Assembly (NCBI GenBank): GCA_038063455.1
Contig: JBBTVB010000006.1
Location: 39,234-103,233, forward strand
Length of the DNA: 64,000 bases
Reading direction: 5' to 3'
Source of the DNA: Patescibacteria group bacterium
GTDB lineage: Bacteria > Patescibacteriota > Patescibacteriia > PEXW01
The notes under the pieces are model-generated. The model was not told where the DNA came from and did no database searches. It saw nothing but the letters and a program-made list of their open reading frames with translations. Positions 9,457 to 17,363 of this stretch are shown in pieces. The translations under genes were made by a program, and so were the position numbers. The first letter of the stretch is position 1. Each line of letters starts with the position of its first letter.

Positions 9457-10065
9457 CTAGTAAAAATTGAAAGAACTGAGAGTTTTATTGTACTCCTCTT
9501 CAAATGTTTCAAAGGCGCTCTTTGCGCCAACACTACCTGTTATTTGAATTGCAACATTTCCCTTCTTAACACTTGCAACAACAAAAGGAAATGTAAAAAA
9601 CTCCGATACTGTGCGTATCGCCTCTTGACCATCAACTACGACCGCTTTTTGAGATCGAATTGTATTGTCCTGCACCCCCTCCGCTGCAAGAGTTTGAAGA
9701 CTTACGCTGGGATCAATGTGTTTGGCGGCTATCGTGAACTTTAGTCCAGCCAGCAATTCAGTATCAACATTTTGTACTGCCGCGATCGGGTCAAGAAAGG
9801 AAATCACTTCGCTGTTTGCGAATGGTTCAAGCGTCCATGAGGCGGGAATGGAAATACTATACCTATAGTTGGTATTTGTTAAAACATTTTTCTCTTTGCC
9901 TATAGAGTACACTACCGATGATACCTGGCTCTCAACTTGAGTTCCCTGTTTATCTTTCTTCGTCAACCAAAAAGCCGTCCCAATAGCACCTATTGCAAAG
10001 AAGGCTGTGATAAGAACATAGTGCACGCTGCGGTATGAGAATGAAAGGTGAAATGTATTTTGCAT
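9457..10065 (-). CDS. Membrane-anchored hypothetical protein
   Basis: 202 aa with one N-terminal TM helix (VLITAFFAIGAIGTAFWL) and a soluble C-terminal domain. Confidence 0.4.
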   Translation of the reverse strand: MQNTFHLSFSYRSVHYVLITAFFAIGAIGTAFWLTKKDKQGTQVESQVSSVVYSIGKEKNVLTNTNYRYSISIPASWTLEPFANSEVISFLDPIAAVQNVDTELLAGLKFTIAAKHIDPSVSLQTLAAEGVQDNTIRSQKAVVVDGQEAIRTVSEFFTFPFVVASVKKGNVAIQITGSVGAKSAFETFEEEYNKTLSSFNFY

Positions 10066-10149
10066 ATGATAGGAGTTGAGTATAGTAATATTTTTAATAA
10101 GGGGGAGGCAATAATGTCTTACCTCCCCTAGTATAGCAAGTGAAGTGAC

Positions 10150-10836
10150 CTACTGCGTACTCATACATAATTGGTTGGATGAGTAGTAACTATTAATTAA
10201 CAGGGGGTCCTTTCCAGAAATACCATTCTGTATCACGGAAGACCCTTTCCTATACACCACAAAATGGATATGCGGTGTAGTGGTTCCAGTATTTCCGACT
10301 TGACCCAAATATTGCCCTTGAGAAACCCATTGCCCAACGCTTACAGCAATACTGAGCATATGGGCAATGCGGTATCTATATCCATTGCCCGCATCTACAA
10401 GGATGAAATGGCCATAACCTGTCCAACCGCGAACAACTTGGATAACAGTGCCATTCGCCGGAGCAGGAATAGCGTGACCATAATCTTGCCAACCAGGCAA
10501 GCTCCAATCAACAGCGTTATAGTCAGACCCCGTATGATAGGATGACCCACCATTAGGCCCATACCCTGCAGAAATGTAGTAACTTCCACAGAAGGGAAAC
10601 TTCCAACCACCAGGATACGCATTGTAACTCGCCGTCGCCATCCCCTGCCGCTGGTCGCGCGTGCCAGTGATGGAATCGGTTGAGGTCTGGGTATTGTCCA
10701 TTGCCGCAGCAACAGACTCGATCGGGTTGGAAGATTTCTCTTCCGAGCAGCCAACCAGCAGGTTAGTTGCGTAGATGCCAGCCACGAGGGCCAGCGTGAG
10801 CACGAGGGTGTTCCTCGATTTCATGATGTAGTCCAT
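10150..10836 (-). CDS. M23 (LytM-type) metallopeptidase lipoprotein
   Basis: Lipobox LLVGCS is present. The M23 motifs are HTGSDYNA (HxxxD) and GNTGTTTPHIHFVVY (HxH), with a conserved GYGHFILVDAGNGYRYRIAHM core. Confidence 0.85.
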   Translation of the reverse strand: MDYIMKSRNTLVLTLALVAGIYATNLLVGCSEEKSSNPIESVAAAMDNTQTSTDSITGTRDQRQGMATASYNAYPGGWKFPFCGSYYISAGYGPNGGSSYHTGSDYNAVDWSLPGWQDYGHAIPAPANGTVIQVVRGWTGYGHFILVDAGNGYRYRIAHMLSIAVSVGQWVSQGQYLGQVGNTGTTTPHIHFVVYRKGSSVIQNGISGKDPLLINSYYSSNQLCMSTQ

Positions 10837-11048
10837 TCTGCAAGCCCTCGAGGCTTGCGGGTGTTGTGTTTGTACTCAGACAGTTGTTTTTCCTCGTGTT
10901 CGCGGTACACGGGCACCGGTGGTAGGTCTGCCAGCCTTTCCAGTTCTAGCAGAATGCACCTCACTTTCTTGGGAATGTACGTTGTGGGTTTATGAGGGAC
11001 TATTCCCTCGGGTGTTTGTTTACAAATGTAGGCTAACACGAATATTTA

Positions 11049-11097
11049 GTGTTTTTTCCTGAGTTATCCACGACAGAACAGCGCCGTCGCGACGGCG
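11049..11097. repeat. Intergenic repeat, copy 1: T-run + DnaA-box-like TTATCCACG + perfect 16-bp palindrome CGCCGTCGCGACGGCG
   Basis: Sequence is gtgttttttcctgagttatccacgacagaacagcgccgtcgcgacggcg. The second copy at 14468-14517 is about 85% identical. It sits between two minus-strand genes. Confidence 0.7.
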
Positions 11098-11133
11098 ACT
11101 ATCCCTCGTCAGTAAAATGCCTAAAGCCCAATA

Positions 11134-11724
11134 TTATCGCTTTTTCCAGCCCTCATCCTGGTCTACCAAGCGGTCTTTAATGACCTTGCGCAGGTAGTCC
11201 GCCTTCTTCAGTTTCGCTTTCTTCGCCCGCCAATCCAGGTAGTCATTGAGCTCTTTGGTTAAGCGGAAGGTAAATTTAATGGTCGGCAATTCCTGCGTCT
11301 GCTCTGCCTCGAGTGCGTTTACAAAATCCGTCACCATTTTTTGTGCTTGATTGCCGCCGTAGCTGTGTACTTTAATTGTGCTGGAGATGTTTTTCCCTTC
11401 CAAAAATTTTAGGACTCCGCGGTTCGAAATGTCTTTATCATACAAGTACAACGTCGGACGGCGCTGGCTTATGGCGTAGGCCAGCAAGTAGCCCAGGTCG
11501 GCATCTGGCGTGGAGCCTTCAATAATGAACGCGTCCATCTTGTCCAGCAAGCTGCCGCCCTTTTCCGCAATTTCATCCATCTCGGCTTTGGGCATGTCCA
11601 AACTATTCTGCCCGTCGTTCGTAATAAAAAAGGTGTGTCGGTCTTTCAGCACACCAAGCAAATCCTGGCGCACATTGGCCAGTCGCTCTTTGCTGCTCGG
11701 AGCTTGGAAGTAGTACACGCGCAT
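11134..11724 (-). CDS. Nucleoside 2-deoxyribosyltransferase-like domain fused to C-terminal ribbon-helix-helix DNA-binding domain
   Basis: The N-terminus has VYYFQAP...DAFIIEGSTPDADLGYLLAYAISQRRPTLYLY, an NDT-like Rossmann core (D..GT.fElGyA...gKP). The C-terminus KFTFRLTKELNDYLDWRAKKAKLKKADYLRKVIKD is a CopG/Arc-type RHH. Confidence 0.55.
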   Translation of the reverse strand: MRVYYFQAPSSKERLANVRQDLLGVLKDRHTFFITNDGQNSLDMPKAEMDEIAEKGGSLLDKMDAFIIEGSTPDADLGYLLAYAISQRRPTLYLYDKDISNRGVLKFLEGKNISSTIKVHSYGGNQAQKMVTDFVNALEAEQTQELPTIKFTFRLTKELNDYLDWRAKKAKLKKADYLRKVIKDRLVDQDEGWKKR

Positions 11725-11726
11725 AC

Positions 11727-12737
11727 CTAGGTGGGGCTAACTACTTCCCCGGCCTGGTCGGCCAGCATGAAGGTCCTCAGCTTAGCCAGGGGTAGTTTTG
11801 CGCCTAACCCCCACATGAGTTTGACCAGCGTCACTTCCATGCTCATGCGGTTGATAAAAACCCGATTTGGGCCAGAGACAGGTGGCGACGACACACCCCG
11901 GCTGTAAATGACAACTGGCACAGACCCATCTATGCGACTATCGAGCATACTGAGAAACCGCAGGAGTGTGCCGAGGTCGGCATACCGCACCACAAAGCCG
12001 TGCGCGCGCTGCAAATCCATACGCTCAAAGGTATGCAAATCTACACCGGGTTGCAGGTCGATAAGCTGCACGCGGTCATCAGCGGCGACTTTAATGGCGG
12101 GTAACGTGGAATTGCGTTTTGGCGCAGTTGGCAGTAAACGAACCCCTAAGGTGAGCGAGCCAACGTACTCATCGCCAAGCGCGTCAAAGAAGTTCGTCGA
12201 CACATCGTCCGAGCGCACAGCCCGTACCGCCTTGAGCAAACGATTACCAAACATAATAAGCACGCCCGAAACATCGAGCGTGGCGGTTTGGATGGCGTTG
12301 AGTAAATGGACTTTATAGCCGAGCTGGCCAAATTGGTCTAAAAATGAATCCAGCTTTACGGCCACTTTCGAAACGAGATTTGCCCCAGAGGCTGTGAGTA
12401 CTACCGGTTTGCCCAACCCGCGGAACATCATGGCCAGCATGCTGCCGGTGTAGGCCATGGTTTCCAGGTCATGGATGACGACAAAACCATCATACCGACG
12501 CAAGCCACTGCGCAACACGCTTCCCAGGCGTACCCAGTTTTCCGCCGACGTTACCGGCCCTTCGGTTGGCACGAATTGTACATCGACATTGGCTAGCACC
12601 TGCAACTCCGCATGTCTTTTTGCCCAGGTGTCTAACACTTGTCGTTTTGGGTTTTTTGTACGTATGCCAAGGTCAGGCAGGATTGAGCTGCCGAATAACA
12701 GAATTGCGACTTTTTTCCGGGCTACGATCTTTGCCAT
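11727..12737 (-). CDS. L-asparaginase-like family protein (catalytic Thr of the TGGTIAG motif apparently absent)
   Basis: 336 aa. VAILLFGSS...YDGFVVIHDLETMAYTGSMLAMMFRGLGKPVVLTAS aligns to the asparaginase/GatD N-domain (HGTDTMaytA...KPVVlTGS). Its stop abuts the start codon of the 11134-11724 gene, with only a 2-nt gap. Confidence 0.55.
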   Translation of the reverse strand: MAKIVARKKVAILLFGSSILPDLGIRTKNPKRQVLDTWAKRHAELQVLANVDVQFVPTEGPVTSAENWVRLGSVLRSGLRRYDGFVVIHDLETMAYTGSMLAMMFRGLGKPVVLTASGANLVSKVAVKLDSFLDQFGQLGYKVHLLNAIQTATLDVSGVLIMFGNRLLKAVRAVRSDDVSTNFFDALGDEYVGSLTLGVRLLPTAPKRNSTLPAIKVAADDRVQLIDLQPGVDLHTFERMDLQRAHGFVVRYADLGTLLRFLSMLDSRIDGSVPVVIYSRGVSSPPVSGPNRVFINRMSMEVTLVKLMWGLGAKLPLAKLRTFMLADQAGEVVSPT

Positions 12738-12816
12738 TGGTATTAGGGTACTGCGACGGCTAGCTGTTGGTCAATAAAATGTATACCTCGGGTATCCCCT
12801 ACGATTTACTGGTTCC

Positions 12817-12871
12817 CTCCCCTCCTTATCTAAGGAGGGGCAAAAAATTACCATTACTTAATGCGTAAGAC
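12817..12871. repeat. Left flank of DUF559 cassette: hairpin CCCCTCCTTA-TC-TAAGGAGGGG plus inverted 9-mer ATGCGTAAG
   Basis: A perfect 10-bp-stem hairpin lies at 12817-12838. 'atgcgtaag' at about 12859-12867 is the reverse complement of 'cttacgcat' at about 13365-13373. Confidence 0.6.
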
Positions 12872-12917
12872 TTTTTCTGCGACTACTCTGCTCACCGTCA
12901 AGCTCCTGGGGTGGTAA

Positions 12918-13325
12918 CTACGGACAAGGGTGTTGCAACGCACAACGTATGTAGTCTAAAGCGCCGTACTGGTTAACGCTAATCGATCGGGCAGAGAGGC
13001 GTATTACACGAAGCCCGAGTTGCTCCAAATATCGGTCGCGCAATCTGTCTTTTTGTATTTTGCCTGGCTCTCCGTGCTGGTCACCATCAACTTCAATGAC
13101 GAGGCGTTTTGCTGGACAATAGAAGTCAACAATATACCTGCCAATACTATGTTGACGTCTAAATTTTGCACCGAGTCCTTTGCCTTTGAGATGCGCCCAA
13201 AGTACAACTTCTGGCGGCGTCATATTTTTGCGCAGTTGCCTGCGGTACATTGCTAACCGGGTATGATTATGTATAGCTTGGGTCATAATAATTACCACCC
13301 CGGCTCCCGCTGTGGCGGGATCCAC
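12918..13325 (-). CDS. DUF559 / Vsr-like (PD-(D/E)xK) endonuclease-domain protein
   Basis: RRQHSIGRYIVDFYCPAKRLVIEVDGDQH fits the DUF559 core. The true start is probably one of the internal Met codons at 13286 or 13250. Confidence 0.6.
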   Translation of the reverse strand: MDPATAGAGVVIIMTQAIHNHTRLAMYRRQLRKNMTPPEVVLWAHLKGKGLGAKFRRQHSIGRYIVDFYCPAKRLVIEVDGDQHGEPGKIQKDRLRDRYLEQLGLRVIRLSARSISVNQYGALDYIRCALQHPCP

Positions 13326-13329
13326 CCCT

Positions 13330-13375
13330 CCTTATGCAAGGAGGGGAAGGGTAAGTTACATCCAAATAGCTTACG
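13330..13375. repeat. Right flank of DUF559 cassette: hairpin CCCCTCCTTA-TG-CAAGGAGGGG plus 9-mer CTTACGCAT
   Basis: Same hairpin stem as at 12817-12838, with a 2-nt loop difference, followed by the inverted 9-mer. Confidence 0.6.
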
Positions 13376-13379
13376 CATA

Positions 13380-13799
13380 CTACTTAGTACGCAAATGCAT
13401 CGTTCGACGAAAAATATCTTGTACTAGGACGAGGATAAAACCGGTTAGCCATGCGGCGATTACGATTATGAGTCCAAACCAAGGGTAAAGAGCATCCATG
13501 TCATAGCGGCTATAGGCTGATCCGGCGGGTGTCGTTTGTGTCACCCAATACTTGAAAGCGAATGGGGAAAGAGCACTCAAGATGACGAAAAAACTTCCCA
13601 GCATTATTCCGAGCCGAAAGAATTTTTGCTTCATCGTGCCAGATATGAACGCAAAGACCACGGCAAGGAGAACTGGCAGGATGACCTGGGCGAATGTTTT
13701 TACTGTTCCGGTATCGCCAATGTCCTTACGGAAATAGATGAGCGCTGCAGACAGTATTGCACCGAACACGCCTATGACGATGGGGAAATATTTTTTCAT
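13380..13799 (-). CDS. Small integral membrane protein (4 TM), unknown function
   Basis: 139 aa and hydrophobic, on the same strand as its neighbours. Confidence 0.45.
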   Translation of the reverse strand: MKKYFPIVIGVFGAILSAALIYFRKDIGDTGTVKTFAQVILPVLLAVVFAFISGTMKQKFFRLGIMLGSFFVILSALSPFAFKYWVTQTTPAGSAYSRYDMDALYPWFGLIIVIAAWLTGFILVLVQDIFRRTMHLRTK

Positions 13800-13887
13800 A
13801 CTCGAGGGATAAATTGAGATGCCGCCGCGTCCTTTAGGGAGTTGACTGGCATAGAAGGTCGTCCAAAAGTATGGACGACCCGAAGAA

Positions 13888-14361
13888 CTAGTACTGCAAA
13901 CGGTAGCTGCTCGGACTACTTGTACAGGCGGCGGGTATTTTGGTACCCATAAATATCATGATGCGAAAACCTGATGAGGTCCAGCGGGCATCATGCAACT
14001 TAACTAAAGGGTAACCAAATGGCTGCCACTGCCCGGTACGTAATCGACCATAGAAATACACGGTCCCAGGATTGTACGGAAGGTAGAATACGGCCATCCA
14101 GTCGTCATCCCCTTCGATGTTGTCATGCCACGGGATAACCCCATATGCGTGCGTCGCACCCAAGACTGTGGCTTCGGGTCGAGGGCGTTCCTGATGACCG
14201 ACGGTATCAACCACGCCAAGGACGATAGGCTCGGTAACCATACCTGCCAGTGAATCAGACTGGTTTGTGGTCCCAGCTGAAGTGGGCTGTACCGGTGAGG
14301 TATTACACCCCACCAACCCCATGACGAGCAATACTGCTGCAGTTGCGAGAATCCGTTTCAT
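13888..14361 (-). CDS. Lipoprotein, unknown function
   Basis: The likely start is MKRILATAAVLLVMGLVGCN, a signal peptide with lipobox LVGC. The ORF-track start at 14388 is 9 codons further upstream. Confidence 0.5.
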   Translation of the reverse strand: MKRILATAAVLLVMGLVGCNTSPVQPTSAGTTNQSDSLAGMVTEPIVLGVVDTVGHQERPRPEATVLGATHAYGVIPWHDNIEGDDDWMAVFYLPYNPGTVYFYGRLRTGQWQPFGYPLVKLHDARWTSSGFRIMIFMGTKIPAACTSSPSSYRLQY

Positions 14362-14467
14362 GGGATTCTCCTTTCTTTGAAAGAACATTATGGATTGTGC
14401 TACTCACCTCCTTTCCAGGTTAGATGAATAGCGTTTGTTGTTAGTTACAGGCTACCAGGTATTTTTG

Positions 14468-14517
14468 GTGTTTTTTGCTCACTTATCCACGACAAAAGCG
14501 CGCCGTCGCGACGGCGC
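14468..14517. repeat. Intergenic repeat, copy 2: T-run + TTATCCACG + palindrome (GCG)CGCCGTCGCGACGGCG(C)
   Basis: Sequence is gtgttttttgctcacttatccacgacaaaagcgcgccgtcgcgacggcgc. It lies 24 bp downstream of the DUF2207 gene stop. Confidence 0.7.
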
Positions 14518-14543
14518 TGGTTTCATAAAAAACCTCTCAATTG

Positions 14544-16238
14544 CTACCACCCTCCTCCCCCGCCTCCGCCAAACCCACCCCCAGAGAAGCCACCCCCGCC
14601 CGCCCCAGAACTGCTCGGAGCGGTTGCGAGTGCACTGTGTACGTCGCTAGAAAAACCGCCAATGCTGTTGGCAAAGAGTAACGCGTTAAAGGTCCCTAGG
14701 TTGTCGCTATACCAGCCCGGTTGCGGAATAGCCAGGTCTGCAAACTGCCCTGCCCACTCTTTTTCCACGCCTAGGGCCACGGCGTAGGGCAAAAATTCCA
14801 TAAACTGCTCGGGCTTGCGCGCTGGGGCATTGTGAAACTTTAAGCGTTCGGCTTCCGTCACGGAGAGAAACCATGTAAACCCTTGGACCTCTTCCAATAT
14901 CTCTGCGCCTAGTTTGGTACGCGCTGGCATCAGCAGGCCATAGATGACGACAATAAGCGCCGAGCCTAATGCCGCCAAGAATGGCACGACAAGCAGCGTC
15001 CCTTGTTGCAGGATGGCAAAGAGCAGGCATGTGCCTACCCCAAGCAAGCCCAGACCTATGCTGGCCGCTTGCACCATGCGCGGGTCGCGTGCGTAGACAC
15101 CTTGCGTTACCAATTGGTTGCGGGCATCAGCGATGACGGCTTGATACGTTGTGGCAAATTTGTATTTTAGCGATTGCGTTGTTACTACGGTGCCGTCTTT
15201 GAAGAGCCCTTCGAGTAAAGTTTTTTCGTATGCCTGCAACTGCTGGTCTGGCGCCTTACGCCGCGTGAATTCATAGTTGTGTTTGTTCCCTAGCATGCCG
15301 GCTTGGCCCAGGTCTTGTATGCTTAGGTAGCCGCGGATGGCAAGGTGCAGGATAGTCGCAGCAAACTCTTTAGCGCCAACTTGGTTGTCGGCAACCGCAC
15401 CAACCACCGCCGGGAACATGCCGCGCGGACTTTCGTACTGCGGAATTACGGTGCCCCGGCCTTTGGGGTCCCGCCCGCGTTTGTGCCACTGCCAGTGCAT
15501 AATGATGAGTGCCAGCAATGGCAAGAGCACAATCCAGTTGTCTTGCACAAAATAGCCAACGCGGGTTTGCGTGGTTTCCGTGGCAACGGTTCCTGCCGGG
15601 AGCCGCGCCGCTATGGTTAGGCCTTCACCGGTCGCTAGCGCTTCCGCGGAAAATGTGACGACGCTATGCTCGCCAGCCTTTACCGTACAATCCTGCGCGG
15701 TGGAACTCAGCACGCCCGTGTAGCAGGAAGGCTGAAGCGCCTCGGCATCATTGTGTAGCGTGAGGGTTGCTGAGGCAACAGCAATCGGCACATCCCACCC
15801 ATTACCAGTTACATTCCAGTACACTTCATCCTGCCCATCAAACTGGGGCAACGCACGTTTAACTGTGTACTGAATAATGTACGTGTGCGCTCCAGTTACA
15901 GTTACGTCAGGATCGCCAATGCGGATGCGTAACTGGCCGCTCGGGTGTTGAAGTTTATAGGGCTGCGGTGTTGACACACCATCGGTCACCCTCTGTATGT
16001 CGTAACGGACAGTAAATCGCTGGCCGCTTTTTTTGTACGTCACTGGCAAGTCGCGGTAGATACCATGGTGGGACACGTTCGCAAAATCGTACGCAATATG
16101 CTCGACCACCTGGATGGTGCGGTCAGGCCGCACGGTAAGCTCTGCCCGGAAGTTGGTAATATGCTCACCACCATTCCCTTGAGCCAGCGCTGGCCAAGGG
16201 AACAGGATAAACGCAGCAATAAGGAGCCAACGTCGCAT
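14544..16238 (-). CDS. DUF2207-family membrane protein with C-terminal Gly-rich tail
   Basis: The likely start is MRRWLLIAAFILFPWPALAQG (signal). It has an extracellular domain, TM helices and a terminal GGGGFSGGGFGGGGGGGW tail typical of DUF2207. The ORF-track start at 16505 adds 89 poorly conserved codons. Confidence 0.65.
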   Translation of the reverse strand: MRRWLLIAAFILFPWPALAQGNGGEHITNFRAELTVRPDRTIQVVEHIAYDFANVSHHGIYRDLPVTYKKSGQRFTVRYDIQRVTDGVSTPQPYKLQHPSGQLRIRIGDPDVTVTGAHTYIIQYTVKRALPQFDGQDEVYWNVTGNGWDVPIAVASATLTLHNDAEALQPSCYTGVLSSTAQDCTVKAGEHSVVTFSAEALATGEGLTIAARLPAGTVATETTQTRVGYFVQDNWIVLLPLLALIIMHWQWHKRGRDPKGRGTVIPQYESPRGMFPAVVGAVADNQVGAKEFAATILHLAIRGYLSIQDLGQAGMLGNKHNYEFTRRKAPDQQLQAYEKTLLEGLFKDGTVVTTQSLKYKFATTYQAVIADARNQLVTQGVYARDPRMVQAASIGLGLLGVGTCLLFAILQQGTLLVVPFLAALGSALIVVIYGLLMPARTKLGAEILEEVQGFTWFLSVTEAERLKFHNAPARKPEQFMEFLPYAVALGVEKEWAGQFADLAIPQPGWYSDNLGTFNALLFANSIGGFSSDVHSALATAPSSSGAGGGGFSGGGFGGGGGGGW

Positions 16239-16323
16239 GCGAACAGTATAGCTTGCAAACAGCGAAAACAAAAAAGGCCGTACTGTATGTACGACCCTTG
16301 TGGAAAATCTACTCCCAGCTGGG

Positions 16324-16491
16324 CTAGGGCCGCAGCATAATATGCTTGCAGCCTGGGCAGGTAAAGGTGGTTTTTTGGTCTGCCTGTATTCCGCAGCGGG
16401 TATCAAATGTTGCATTACATTCGATACATTTAAAGTACTTAAGCTCATCGGTAACTGCCCGGCAGTGTACACAGGGGCCATGCTGCGGCAT
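16324..16491 (-). CDS. Small zinc-ribbon protein (Cys pairs CVHC...CIEC...CPGC)
   Basis: MPQHGPCVHCRAVTDELKYFKCIECNATFDTRCGIQADQKTTFTCPGCKHIMLRP. An alternative upstream start at 16599 would include the tandem repeat as coding. Confidence 0.4.
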   Translation of the reverse strand: MPQHGPCVHCRAVTDELKYFKCIECNATFDTRCGIQADQKTTFTCPGCKHIMLRP

Positions 16492-16545
16492 AGGGATAGC
16501 TGCACCGACTGGCCCTTCAGCAGCTGCTACGAGAAAGTTAGGCAT

Positions 16546-16591
16546 GCGCTCGGGTGCAAAGTCAGGCATGCGCGCGGGTACAAAGTAACCT
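16546..16591. repeat. Tandem direct repeat, 2 x ~23 bp (aggcatgcgctcgggtgcaaagtc / aggcatgcgcgcgggtacaaagta)
   Basis: It lies in the divergent region between the zinc-ribbon gene (-) and the DedA gene (+). Confidence 0.5.
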
Positions 16592-16688
16592 TTACTCACA
16601 AAAAGTCCTTTCGCTTTGGTGTATATGTTTTGTAATACCAGAGTCTATACGTCTGCTCGGTGAATGTCAAGCAGTGTATACTGCCCCT

Positions 16689-17348
16689 ATGGCAAAAACT
16701 ATCCGGGCACAGGATATTGGCATCATCATTTTTACCTTGGCCGCCGCTATCCTGTTTGTGGTGTGGGAACCCACACTGCCATCGCAGGCTACGGTAACGC
16801 AGTGGGTGCAGCGCTTTGGCGCAGCGGGCCCTTTAGCAGTTATTGGCCTGGTGGTGGTTGAAGTAGTTATTGCGCCTATCCCCGGCAGTTTTATTCCTAT
16901 TACCGTCGGCGCGCTCTTCGGCGTCTGGCCGGGCGTGCTCTATACCTGGGTCGGCAATGTCATTGGCGCGGTGATTGCTTTTTGGCTGGCGCGCCGCATT
17001 GGCCGGCCGCTCGTGATCCACTTCGTCAAACCTGCCACCCTCGATCGCTTGGATACCTTTATCCACCGAAACCCGCGCTTGCTCTGGTTGGTCTACATCC
17101 TGCCGGTCTACCCCATTGACCTCATAACTTTTGCCGTTGGGCTTTCCAGAATGAGTTTCAAGCGCTTTATGGTTATGATGACCATAAGCTTCTCTTTGCA
17201 CCAGCTCATTCTTACGGCAGTGGGCGAAAGACTCTTGGCAGCCACTGGCGGCACTCGCATCCTGATAGCGAGCTTGGCCGTGCTGCTGGTGCTTGGCACT
17301 CTAGGGGTGGAACGGCACTTTACGACAAAAGAAAAAACCACCGGCTAA
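16689..17348 (+). CDS. DedA/TVP38-family membrane protein
   Basis: PIPGSFIPITVGALFGVWPGVLYTWVGNVIGAVIAFWLARRIGRP matches the DedA core. The start is chosen at MAKTIRAQDIG; the ORF track begins at 16554. Confidence 0.65.
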   Translation: MAKTIRAQDIGIIIFTLAAAILFVVWEPTLPSQATVTQWVQRFGAAGPLAVIGLVVVEVVIAPIPGSFIPITVGALFGVWPGVLYTWVGNVIGAVIAFWLARRIGRPLVIHFVKPATLDRLDTFIHRNPRLLWLVYILPVYPIDLITFAVGLSRMSFKRFMVMMTISFSLHQLILTAVGERLLAATGGTRILIASLAVLLVLGTLGVERHFTTKEKTTG

Positions 17349-17363
17349 ACACCTCCGAGGTTT

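Noticed and set aside
11082-11097. The 16-bp palindrome CGCCGTCGCGACGGCG (and its copy at 14501-14516) as a simple rho-independent terminator.
   Set aside because: On both strands the hairpin lacks an immediate downstream U-tract. Copy 2 has only TTTTG on the minus strand and copy 1 has none, and the T-run lies 5' of it on the plus strand. The conserved DnaA-box-like 9-mer beside it suggests a more specific role.
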